NCBI GenBank assembly: GCA_045106895.1
Contig: JBGCFM010000034.1
Location: 1-23,767 of the forward strand
DNA: 23,767 bases
Origin: Polyangiales bacterium
GTDB lineage: Bacteria; Myxococcota_A; Polyangia; Polyangiales; Houyiibacteriaceae
Direction of reading: 5' to 3'
The notes under the pieces are model-generated. The model was not told the DNA's origin, did no database searches, and saw only the letters and a list, made by a program, of their open reading frames with translations. Below, piece after piece: positions 7,322 to 15,376 of this stretch. The stretch's first letter is position 1. Each line of letters opens with the position of its first letter. The position numbers were made by a program, and so were the translations under genes.

Positions 7322-8860
7322 ATGACTCGCGCGACCTATCTCTTCTTCAGCGTCATGTTGGCGTGCAGTGTCGATCACTCGGGGCTAGAGGACCTCGACG
7401 CCAACACGGCCGACGCGACCTCGCCTGATGGGTTCGCGCCTGACATTGGCCCTGACGCCATCGCGAATGACACCGGCGTTGATGCGGAACGACCCGACGC
7501 AGGAGGCCCCGACGGCGGACCGACGGACTCCGGTGCAAGGGACGCGGGACCCGACGGCGGACCCGATGGCGGTCCCGACGGCGGACCCGACGCCGGCCCG
7601 ATGGACGCCGGCCCCATGGATGCGGGCTGCCCCGTTGCGACCCGCTGCTCCGCGGACGGGACTTCGCTAGAGACCTGCATGGGTGGCGCCTTTAGCCCCG
7701 TCGAGTGTCCTGTTCGCTGCGATGATTCCGTCGCCCCACAATGCATGGATCTGGATCCATCAAACGGGCTTGGTGCTTTCCTCGACCGGGGCGCGAGTCA
7801 GAGCTTCAGCTTCCCGACGGTGATGAGCTACGAGGAGTCGGCGGGTATGGTCTTCAACACCGACGGCTGCGCGGACCTGCCAGGTTCCGAGGGGCTACAT
7901 CTGCCGCCTGGTGGTGATACCCAAGTCTGCGTTCTTGCCTTCGACGATGTGTCCATCGCCGGCAAGCTGACGGTGCTTGGTCAGCACGGCTTGGCCATTG
8001 TGGCGAGCGGAACGATCACGATTGAGGCGGATGCAATGATCCGCGCAGATGGCCTCGGTCAGCCGGGAGGTCCCGGCGGTGGCGACGGAGCGACCACGAC
8101 GACGGCCGCCCAAGGACCGTTCCCAGGACCCAGTGGCGCTCACGCTCGCGATTTCGACGACGCAGGGGGGTCCGGCGGAGGGAATGGTACCCGTGGCGCG
8201 TCCGGCGGAAGAGGTGGCGACGCGGCGGCTCCGGGTCCGAGCGGCGTTGCCTTGATGTCCGACCTACTCGACCCGATTCACGGCGGAAGCGGCGGCGGCG
8301 CTGGGGGCACTGTTGCACGCGCAGGAGAGGGCGGTGGAGGTGGCGGTGCGCTGATCCTCGTAGCCCGCGAAGGCATCGTTCTAAACGGCTACATCGATAT
8401 TAGCGGCGGCGGCGGCGGCGCTGGTATTGGCTCCTTCGGCGACTTCGGCGCTGGCGGCGGTGGCGGAAGCGGCGGCGGGCTCGTGTTGGAAACCGCCGGG
8501 TCGATCACCGTGGGCGAGGATGCGCTCGTTCTCGCCTCCGGCGCGGGCGGCGGAGGCAGCGCGGACTGCGAGGGCGATGGTACCAACGGACTCCCGGAAC
8601 AACCGGGAACGGAACCACTGGGTGGACTCGCGGCGGAAGGTCCGTGCAGATTCGGAGTTATCGCATCCGACGGAGGCGACGGCGCCTTCGACGGGGAGGC
8701 TGAGGCCGGTGACGACAACAACCTCTTCGGGTCAAACGGTGGTGGTGGCGGTGGCGGCCAAGGCATCGTGGTCATCCGCGCCGGCGACGCTCCCGCTGGC
8801 CCTTACGGATTTAGCGGCTCCTATCGCACCGACAGCGTGGGACTCAGACCAGTCCTATAG
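7322..8860 (+). CDS. Glycine-rich surface lipoprotein
   Basis: Lipobox ...VMLA/C, then an acidic D(A/G)GP low-complexity linker, a short Cys-rich module, and a C-terminal domain of alternating poly-Gly runs and hydrophobic strands (GGGGGGALILVA, GGGGGSGGGLVLE, GGGGGGGQGIVVIR). Confidence 0.82.
   Translation: MTRATYLFFSVMLACSVDHSGLEDLDANTADATSPDGFAPDIGPDAIANDTGVDAERPDAGGPDGGPTDSGARDAGPDGGPDGGPDGGPDAGPMDAGPMDAGCPVATRCSADGTSLETCMGGAFSPVECPVRCDDSVAPQCMDLDPSNGLGAFLDRGASQSFSFPTVMSYEESAGMVFNTDGCADLPGSEGLHLPPGGDTQVCVLAFDDVSIAGKLTVLGQHGLAIVASGTITIEADAMIRADGLGQPGGPGGGDGATTTTAAQGPFPGPSGAHARDFDDAGGSGGGNGTRGASGGRGGDAAAPGPSGVALMSDLLDPIHGGSGGGAGGTVARAGEGGGGGGALILVAREGIVLNGYIDISGGGGGAGIGSFGDFGAGGGGGSGGGLVLETAGSITVGEDALVLASGAGGGGSADCEGDGTNGLPEQPGTEPLGGLAAEGPCRFGVIASDGGDGAFDGEAEAGDDNNLFGSNGGGGGGGQGIVVIRAGDAPAGPYGFSGSYRTDSVGLRPVL
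7495..7627 (+). repeat. Coding tandem repeat of a ~12-bp unit (CCCGACGGCGGA) encoding PDGG/PDAG/PMDAG
   Basis: The array cccgacggcgga cccgatggcggt cccgacggcgga cccgacgccggc at ~7550-7597 is visible directly, with degenerate copies on either side. Confidence 0.8.
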
Positions 8861-9337
8861 CCCGCGGAGATACTCGACGATGCTCCCACCAAGGTAGGCG
8901 AGAACGAGAATCGGTACCGCGACGGCAGCCACAGCGAGGACCACGCCGAGGCCGACGACGAGGTAGTCGCCGGCGCTCGCGCTGCCCTTTTTCCCCGCGT
9001 GCTTTTCCAAGAGCTCAAGGTTGCGGCGATTGCTGCGCCAGACGAGGTCGAAGAGATCGCCGAGGACGGGGAGGGCGCCCAGCACCACATCCACGCCAAT
9101 GTTCAACACCATGCGCAGCAGAATGAGCGTGGGGACGCCCCGCCGGATGGCTAAACTGAGGAGAGCCAGGGAGCCTACGCCGGTCAGCGCGTCTCCTGCG
9201 ACGGGCAGAAAGAAACCGACGATCGCATCGAGCCCGACGCCCTTGGTAAACGGAACTTTGAGTCCGTCATCGAGGACCTTGACCAGCCGTTCGGCCCAGA
9301 CACTCTTCGGTGGGTCCGGCTCCAGAGAATCGCTCAT
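8855..9337 (-). CDS. DUF4112 domain-containing membrane protein
   Basis: ATG 9337 with an AGGAG RBS. The pattern LDD..KVPFT...GLDAIVGFFLPVAGD...RMVLNIGVDVVLGALPVLGDLFDLVWRSNRRNLELL is characteristic of DUF4112. Confidence 0.88.
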   Translation of the reverse strand: MSDSLEPDPPKSVWAERLVKVLDDGLKVPFTKGVGLDAIVGFFLPVAGDALTGVGSLALLSLAIRRGVPTLILLRMVLNIGVDVVLGALPVLGDLFDLVWRSNRRNLELLEKHAGKKGSASAGDYLVVGLGVVLAVAAVAVPILVLAYLGGSIVEYLRGL

Positions 9338-9437
9338 GGGCACTCCTATATGCACGAAAGGGCGCCTCCGCTCCCGGCGGCCTCAAAAACCTCCGCAAAA
9401 GCGGACAAAATAGACGAAAATTCAACGTCTCTGAGCA

Positions 9438-9466
9438 TTGAACCGACCTCGATGCTCCTCTATGCT
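9438..9466 (+). promoter_or_regulatory. Sigma70-type promoter (TTGAAC-17 bp-TATGCT) for the DUF1232 gene
   Basis: -35 TTGAAC at 9438-9443, a 17-bp spacer, and -10 TATGCT at 9461-9466. Phased A-tracts lie upstream and a strong SD (GGGGAGGAG) precedes ATG 9506. Confidence 0.6.
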
Positions 9467-9505
9467 GCCGCCGCCTACGGTCCACCTGGCCGGGGAGGAG
9501 ACAGC

Positions 9506-10057
9506 ATGAGCAGCGACGTCAGCAAGTACCTCGATACCTTTCCAACCTGGCTGAGAAACCTCGCCCTTGAAGCCGAGGATATCGTCGGTCTTCTCCAGGT
9601 GAATGAGATCGCCGAAGATGCGCGTGAAGCCATCGCCGGGGGCATCAACTACCTCTTCAAGTCTCTGGACCTCATCCCTGATGGCATCGATGACATCGGC
9701 TACTTGGACGACGCCTTCGTCCTCCGTGTCGCCGCAGACCTCGCCTGCCGCGAGAGCCTCGGAGAGGCGTCCGACGAGCAGACCGAAACGCTTCGTCGTC
9801 TCGCCGATGAGTGCGACCTTGTTCGTGAGTTCCTCGGGGACGACTACGGTCGCCTCGAAAGCTACGTCGTCGGTCTTCGCAATGGCGCCGCTCGAGGCCG
9901 CTCGGTTTCTGACATTCTCGCCGACGAAGAGATCACCCGCGATTTCGTCAGCGACGTCGGGGGCTTTGCCAAGTCCTACGATGCGCCTAGCTTCTCCCGG
10001 GAAGAGAAGAATCTGATCAAGCTCAAAGCGTTCTTCGACGCGAAGCTGCCCAAGTAG
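9506..10057 (+). CDS. DUF1232 (YkvA family) protein
   Basis: ATG 9506 follows GGAGGAG. The motif YLFKSLDLIPDGIDDIGYLDDAFVL matches the YkvA/DUF1232 Y...P.DLIPD.i..iG.lDD signature. Confidence 0.85.
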   Translation: MSSDVSKYLDTFPTWLRNLALEAEDIVGLLQVNEIAEDAREAIAGGINYLFKSLDLIPDGIDDIGYLDDAFVLRVAADLACRESLGEASDEQTETLRRLADECDLVREFLGDDYGRLESYVVGLRNGAARGRSVSDILADEEITRDFVSDVGGFAKSYDAPSFSREEKNLIKLKAFFDAKLPK

Positions 10058-10153
10058 AAGAACGCTCCCGCAGTAAACAAAGCTCTTCGCCTCGCCGCCT
10101 CGCCGAGGCACACCCCCCTTGAACGATACGATTTTTTCGAACGGTACAGATTC

Positions 10154-12364
10154 ATGAGCCCCATCGCGATGACGCTCGTGCTCGTCAGCACGCTGTCTTT
10201 CTTTTCATGGTCGATGTTTCGGCGTTGGCGTCAGGTAAAGCTGGGTGTCCCCGACGCCCGAGTTCAGTGGAACCTGGTCGAGCTTGCGAAGCGCACCGGC
10301 AAGGTTCTCCTCGTGGCCCTGGGCCAAGAGAAGATGGTCAAGAAGAAGGGCTACGCCATCGCGGGCTTCTCTCACGTGGTGATCTTCGCAGCGTTCAACG
10401 TTCTGCTTCTCAACAGCATCCTCCTTTGGGGCCGCGGCTACTTCGAGAACTGGAACTTCTTTTACGACTCCCTCGCAGAGACCCACATCCTTGGGCAGCT
10501 CTACAGCCTCGGCAAAGAGCTCGCGGCAGCAGGTTGCGTGGTCGGCGTCCTCGGCTTCGTCTACCTGCGTGTTGGCAAGAAGGGCAAAGACAGCGCGGAT
10601 CCTAAGGCCGTCGGCGACCGGCCCCGCATGACCGTCGGCTTCGAGCCGAAGCTTATTCTCTTCATCATCGGTTCTATGATGATCGCGGACTTCTTCTACG
10701 TCGGCGGTCGCGAAGCGCTCATGTGGCAGGCCACCGGCGCAGAACCCCATTGGGTCTGGTTTCAGCCCATCGGATCCATTCTCGCCATGGCCTTCAGCGG
10801 CATGTCCCGCTCCGCCATTACGGTCATGGAGCACATTGGCTTTTGGTATCACGCCGCGTGGGTTCTGCTTTTCTTGAACATCCTCCCGTACACGAAGCAC
10901 TTCCACATCATCACCGTGATGCCGAATGTCTTCTTCTACGACATGTACCCCAACGCTCTGCCGCGCATCGTCGACCTTGAAGGCAAGGTTGAGCGCGAAG
11001 AGTCGCTTGGCATCAAGACCATCAACGACCTGACCTACAAGGGCATCAGCGACCTCTACACATGCACCGAGTGTGGTCGATGCAGCGACAACTGCCCCGC
11101 ATACATTACGAACAAGAAGCTCTCGCCGAAGCATCTCACGCTCGCTCTTCGCGACCATCTCTACGCCTCCGAAGGTTCGAACTTCAGCGCTGGGGACGGC
11201 GTCGAAGCGCCCATCGGTCCGGACGTAAGCATGCTGAAAGAGGGCGAAGAGATTCACACGAATCCGAAGGCTCCCGAAGGCGCGTACTTCCTCAAGGCCG
11301 AAGCCGGCGTTGAGATCATGCCGAATATTCTTCACCCCGATGTCATCTGGAGCTGCACGAGCTGTCGCGCCTGTGAAGAGCAGTGCCCCGTGATGATCTC
11401 CTACGTGGACAAGATCATCGGCATGCGCCGAGAAGAGGTCATGATGAAGTCGGAGTTCCCTCCACTTCTTCAGAAGGCCCTCAACGGTATCGAGACGAAC
11501 GGCAACCCATGGAACGAGAGCGCCATGGACCGAGCGGACTGGGCCAAGGGACTCGATGTTCCACTCATCGACGAGAACCCCGCCGCCGACGTCCTCTACT
11601 GGGTTGGCTGCGCAGCCGCATACGACGAGCGCGCACAGAAGGTTGCGCGTTCCTTCGCGATGCTTCTCCAGGAAGCCGACGTGAACTTCGCCATCATGGG
11701 CACCAGCGAGAGCTGCACCGGTGACCCAGCGCGACGCATCGGCCACGAGTATCTCTTCGAGATGATGGCCGAGCAGAACGTGGAGGCGCTAAACGGCATT
11801 GGCTGTGGCGAAGAAGCGGAGCACCGCAAGACCATCGTCACGGCGTGCCCTCACTGCTTCAACTCCCTCCTCAACGAGTACCCCGACTTCGGGGGTCACT
11901 TCGACGTGGTCCACCATTCGGACTTTCTCCACGGACTTCTCGTCGCTGGAAAGCTCACTCCGAGCAAGCCCGTCGACGCGACCATCGTCTACCACGACAG
12001 CTGCTACCTCGGTCGCTACAACAAGATCTACGACTCTCCTCGTCAGGTCCTCATGGCCATCGAAGGCGTGAAGCTTGAAGAGGTGGAGTACTGGAACAAG
12101 GAGCAGGGCCTCTGCTGTGGTGCCGGTGGCGCTCAGTACTTCATGGAGGAGACCAACCATGAGTCGGTTCCGAAGAAGCGAGCTCTCCAGCTCTACGACA
12201 CGGGCGCGGACGCGGTGGCTTCGGCATGCCCGTTCTGCATGTCCATGGTGACGACTGGCCTCATGGCTGCGGAAAAGGACGAAGACATGCGCCGCCTCGA
12301 TATCGCCGAGGTGCTCGCGGAATCCATCGAGTTCACCAAGGCGCTTCCCGAAGCCGCCGAGTAA
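10154..12364 (+). CDS. Membrane-bound Fe-S oxidoreductase, FadF/EtfD (HdrD/GlpC CCG-domain) family
   Basis: N-terminal multi-TM domain with conserved His (WYHA...KHFH). Two 4Fe-4S motifs, CTECGRCSDNCP and CTSCRACEEQCP. Two CCG domains: YWVGC/SCTG/TACPHC and YHDSCYLGR/LCCGAGG/SACPFC. Confidence 0.92.
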   Translation: MSPIAMTLVLVSTLSFFSWSMFRRWRQVKLGVPDARVQWNLVELAKRTGKVLLVALGQEKMVKKKGYAIAGFSHVVIFAAFNVLLLNSILLWGRGYFENWNFFYDSLAETHILGQLYSLGKELAAAGCVVGVLGFVYLRVGKKGKDSADPKAVGDRPRMTVGFEPKLILFIIGSMMIADFFYVGGREALMWQATGAEPHWVWFQPIGSILAMAFSGMSRSAITVMEHIGFWYHAAWVLLFLNILPYTKHFHIITVMPNVFFYDMYPNALPRIVDLEGKVEREESLGIKTINDLTYKGISDLYTCTECGRCSDNCPAYITNKKLSPKHLTLALRDHLYASEGSNFSAGDGVEAPIGPDVSMLKEGEEIHTNPKAPEGAYFLKAEAGVEIMPNILHPDVIWSCTSCRACEEQCPVMISYVDKIIGMRREEVMMKSEFPPLLQKALNGIETNGNPWNESAMDRADWAKGLDVPLIDENPAADVLYWVGCAAAYDERAQKVARSFAMLLQEADVNFAIMGTSESCTGDPARRIGHEYLFEMMAEQNVEALNGIGCGEEAEHRKTIVTACPHCFNSLLNEYPDFGGHFDVVHHSDFLHGLLVAGKLTPSKPVDATIVYHDSCYLGRYNKIYDSPRQVLMAIEGVKLEEVEYWNKEQGLCCGAGGAQYFMEETNHESVPKKRALQLYDTGADAVASACPFCMSMVTTGLMAAEKDEDMRRLDIAEVLAESIEFTKALPEAAE

Positions 12365-12376
12365 GGTCGTCGCCGA

Positions 12377-13111
12377 GTGAACTGCTCACCCCGCTGCGTG
12401 CTGCCCGCGATGCTCGTCATCGCGGGCTTCGCTTTTCCGGGGGAAGCGTCCGCCTACCTCTTCGACACCAACGACGCCACGACGGTGGACCCCGGCTCCA
12501 TGGAGTTCGAACTCCAGCCGGTAGGGCTCTACTACGGCCAAGGCGACGATACGTACTTCGTCTTGCCTTCGTTCATGGCCTACGTCGGCCTGGAGCCAGG
12601 CATCGATATACTCTTCCTCGCGCGGGGCTATCGCCCCGTGGGCGGCGGGGGCTACTCCATCGGCGACACCCAAGCGCTACTTCGCTTTCAGCTCCGCGAC
12701 GGAAACTACGACGGAGAACAGGATGGAGCGAGCGTTGTGCTCCAGGCGGGCATGTTGCTCCCCACCTACAACGACACGGAGGGCGTGGGCTTCAGCTACG
12801 CGCTCCTCATCTCTCACGACCTCGGATACCTCACCTACCACGCCAACGTGCAGGTGGATGTCCGGCGCGCCCCTGCGTTCGGTCTCTTCGCTTCCTTTGC
12901 CCTCGAGGGACCCACGTCGTGGCCGGTTCGGCCGGCGCTTGAGTTCTACGTCGACGTCGAAGGCGACGCGGTGGAGGGAAGCGCCCTCGCCGGCGCCATC
13001 GTCGATCTTGGCGAAAGCGCCGCGGTGATGGCAGGTGCTCGGGTTGGACAAACGAGCGACGGAACGGTCGTCGAGGGGCGTCTTAGCCTCTGGTTCCACG
13101 TCGGGCCCTAA
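12377..13111 (+). CDS. Secreted hypothetical protein, probable outer-membrane beta-barrel
   Basis: Signal peptide ending ...FPGEASA/Y; the start may instead be ATG 12410. The N-terminal FDTNDATTVDPGSMEFEL is followed by alternating aromatic/hydrophobic strands ending GRLSLWFHVGP. Confidence 0.65.
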   Translation: MNCSPRCVLPAMLVIAGFAFPGEASAYLFDTNDATTVDPGSMEFELQPVGLYYGQGDDTYFVLPSFMAYVGLEPGIDILFLARGYRPVGGGGYSIGDTQALLRFQLRDGNYDGEQDGASVVLQAGMLLPTYNDTEGVGFSYALLISHDLGYLTYHANVQVDVRRAPAFGLFASFALEGPTSWPVRPALEFYVDVEGDAVEGSALAGAIVDLGESAAVMAGARVGQTSDGTVVEGRLSLWFHVGP

Positions 13112-13233
13112 GGCCACCAGGCTCGTCAAAACCTCATCGGCGCGGCTCGAGCGAACATCTGTGTTGCGGACGGCGTGCCGCGAACCCACGATCACCTCTG
13201 GTAATCGAGCGTCGGTACCCTCATCATGATGGG

Positions 13234-13986
13234 GTGCAATATGGTTTTCTGACGGCCTTTCTTTGGCTCCTCGTGTCCTCGGCGGTGGCTCAAGAGGCGC
13301 CTCACGAGGCAGACGGGGAACAAACGGCGGGCGCCGAGAATGAGGCGGAGACCGAAGCTCCGGGCAGTGCGGCGTATTTTCGAGGCCTCGAGGCGGCAGA
13401 CGAGCAGCGCTGGGACGATGCTTTGTCGGCTTTTCAGGAGAGTTTCCAAGCGTCGAACCGCACGCCCCTGCTGCTCAACATTGCCGTCGCTCAGCAAGCG
13501 TTGGCTCGCTACGTCACCGCGGCAGAGTCGCTGGACATGCTTCAAGAGCGCGATGACGTCGACGCAGCGACCTTTCGGGCGGCGGAGGCCCTTCGAAGGG
13601 AGCTCGATGCACGCATCGCGGTCCTCGTCATCGAGCGACCCGAAGGCTCCGCGCTCCGCGTCGACGCGTTGCCCGCCGAGTCCAATCGAGTCTCCGTAAA
13701 CCCTGGGCCGCATGTGATCGCGGTTGAACAAGATGGCTTCCTGTCGTTCCGCCGGGAAGTGGAAGCGGAGCCCGGTCAGGTTCACCGGATCGAAGTGCAG
13801 CTGATGGCGCGAGAGACCATCGAGATCGATCCACGTCGTCGCCGCCGGCGAATCCTAGGCGTCGTACTGTCCGCCGCGGTGGTCACGGCGGGTGCCGTAC
13901 TCCTCGGCGTCCTCCTGGGAGGGTCAAACACCGCCACCGTTCCCAGCTGTCCTCCACAAGACCTTTGCTTTCAGGTCCGCCCATGA
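13234..13986 (+). CDS. TPR + PEGA domain protein with a C-terminal hydrophobic segment
   Basis: Signal peptide, TPR module (YFRGLEAADEQRWDDALSAFQESF...LLLNIAVAQQAL), PEGA-like domain (LRVDA...VNPGPHVIAVEQDGFLSFRREV), then RRRRRR and a TM-like helix. Confidence 0.82.
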   Translation: MQYGFLTAFLWLLVSSAVAQEAPHEADGEQTAGAENEAETEAPGSAAYFRGLEAADEQRWDDALSAFQESFQASNRTPLLLNIAVAQQALARYVTAAESLDMLQERDDVDAATFRAAEALRRELDARIAVLVIERPEGSALRVDALPAESNRVSVNPGPHVIAVEQDGFLSFRREVEAEPGQVHRIEVQLMARETIEIDPRRRRRRILGVVLSAAVVTAGAVLLGVLLGGSNTATVPSCPPQDLCFQVRP

Positions 13987-14513
13987 AGGTTCGTTGCAGC
14001 TTGGTGTTGGCGCTCCTCGTCGCCTCCTGCGGAGGAGCCGACGAGTCGCTCTTTGAGCTTGTGGTTCCCGTTCCCGCGCAGGGCGAGATCGCGGGCATAG
14101 GGCCGATTTCTCATATGGCCGTGCAGGTGCGCTTCGGCTCCGATGTCTCGTTCGCGCTGCCTTGGTCGACGCCCGTGCAGGAGGTTATCGAGCTGACGAG
14201 CACCCCGACGGACGCCCGTTTCTTTGTCTTCGGAGAAGCCAACTCCGCCGAGGCCCTCAACGTCCGAGTCGTCTACTGCGCGAGCGACGACTGTGGCGTG
14301 GTGCCGGCGGCGTCTCGGGCTGAGCACCACGCTCGTATCGCGCGAGTCTTGTACGACTTCGACGAACCGACCTCCTACACGCTAAGCGACGCGACGCTGG
14401 ACACAGCTTCCGCAAACCCCGAGCTCGTCGAAATTGACGCCTGTGCCGTCGCTGGATGTGGCGCGACCCAGTCCCTCGCCTGCGATCTGAATGGAGTACA
14501 CCGCTGTGAATAG
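13983..14513 (+). CDS. Putative lipoprotein (176 aa)
   Basis: ATGA overlap with the upstream gene. Signal MKVRCSLVLALLVAS/CGG, a beta-rich body and a Cys-rich C-terminus. Confidence 0.75.
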   Translation: MKVRCSLVLALLVASCGGADESLFELVVPVPAQGEIAGIGPISHMAVQVRFGSDVSFALPWSTPVQEVIELTSTPTDARFFVFGEANSAEALNVRVVYCASDDCGVVPAASRAEHHARIARVLYDFDEPTSYTLSDATLDTASANPELVEIDACAVAGCGATQSLACDLNGVHRCE

Positions 14514-15375
14514 ACCAAAGAGTTTCGTGAGTCGCATGATCTTCGCGGCGTTGTGTTCCCTTTCTCTTTTCGCGTGCAGCAGCAGCGGCGTCGATACCTC
14601 GCTTGTTGTGTTTACGGAAACCGGCCTCGTCCCAGGCGATGAGTTTGACGAAGTGCTCACGGAGATCTTCCTCCCGGAGGGCGACCGGCTGCGAAGCGTA
14701 CGAGCCCAGCGCGTGTACTCGACGCGTCTGCGAACCGGCGAGTGGGCGACGGGCGTCGGGACGGCGCAGTTCGAAGGGCTGCCCCCTGGGGAGTACGTTC
14801 TGCGAGTGACGGCGTACACGTCCGAGGCGACGGTGCTGGTTCGCAATGAGACTCTGGTCTTCCTCGATGACGTCGCCACCGCCTACGTTCGGCTGGACCG
14901 AGCGTGTGTTAGCCGCGAATGCCCCAACGAAGGCGGCTCAGCTGCGTTGACGGCTTGTCTTGGCGGCGCGTGTGTCGACCCTCGTTGCGATCCCGAAGAC
15001 GTAGCAACACGTGACGAGTATTGCCCGGGGCTCTCGTTCTGCGGTAGCGCGGCCGATTGCGGAAGCACTTCGGATTGTGCGGAGTTTGTGTGCCAGCGGC
15101 AGCTTTGCATCGAGTCGCCCATCGAGAATTTCTGCGCCCCAGGCGAGCGTTGCGACCCCCTCCCCGACGTTGGATGCACGACGGAAGCAAACCCCCTCAC
15201 GGAAGCCATCTGCAACACCGTCCGCCGACCGCGCGATGCCCCATGCGAGTCGCGGGTGCTCTCTTGCGAGGACGAAGCGCGGGACTGGGTCTTCCTTGGC
15301 TATATTCCAGCGGGCGAAGACTGTTTGTTCGTCCCAGGCACATGCGATGGCGCCGGCGCCTGTGTGGAGGAGTAA
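14506..15375 (+). CDS. Cys-rich lipoprotein, paralogue of the N-terminal part of the downstream gene
   Basis: Start is uncertain (14491, GTG 14506 after GGAG, or 14536). Lipobox SLFA/C, then a beta-rich domain and a Cys-rich region highly similar to the next gene. Confidence 0.78.
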   Translation: MNRPKSFVSRMIFAALCSLSLFACSSSGVDTSLVVFTETGLVPGDEFDEVLTEIFLPEGDRLRSVRAQRVYSTRLRTGEWATGVGTAQFEGLPPGEYVLRVTAYTSEATVLVRNETLVFLDDVATAYVRLDRACVSRECPNEGGSAALTACLGGACVDPRCDPEDVATRDEYCPGLSFCGSAADCGSTSDCAEFVCQRQLCIESPIENFCAPGERCDPLPDVGCTTEANPLTEAICNTVRRPRDAPCESRVLSCEDEARDWVFLGYIPAGEDCLFVPGTCDGAGACVEE

Positions 15376-15376
15376 G

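Noticed and set aside
7495..7627. Repeat array considered as a possible CRISPR
   Set aside because: Units are short, in-frame and coding, with no unique spacers and no cas genes.
10205..11746. 513-aa antisense ORF, and similar long antisense ORFs at 2116-3063, 3364-4170, 16133-17182, 19263-20093 and 20884-21885
   Set aside because: These are shadow ORFs opposite well-supported genes, expected from high-GC codon bias. They contain no recognisable motifs.
15011..15376. 122-codon N-terminal extension of the 1143-aa ORF
   Set aside because: It overlaps the upstream lipoprotein gene in another frame. The SD, ATG and signal peptide at 15377 mark the real start.
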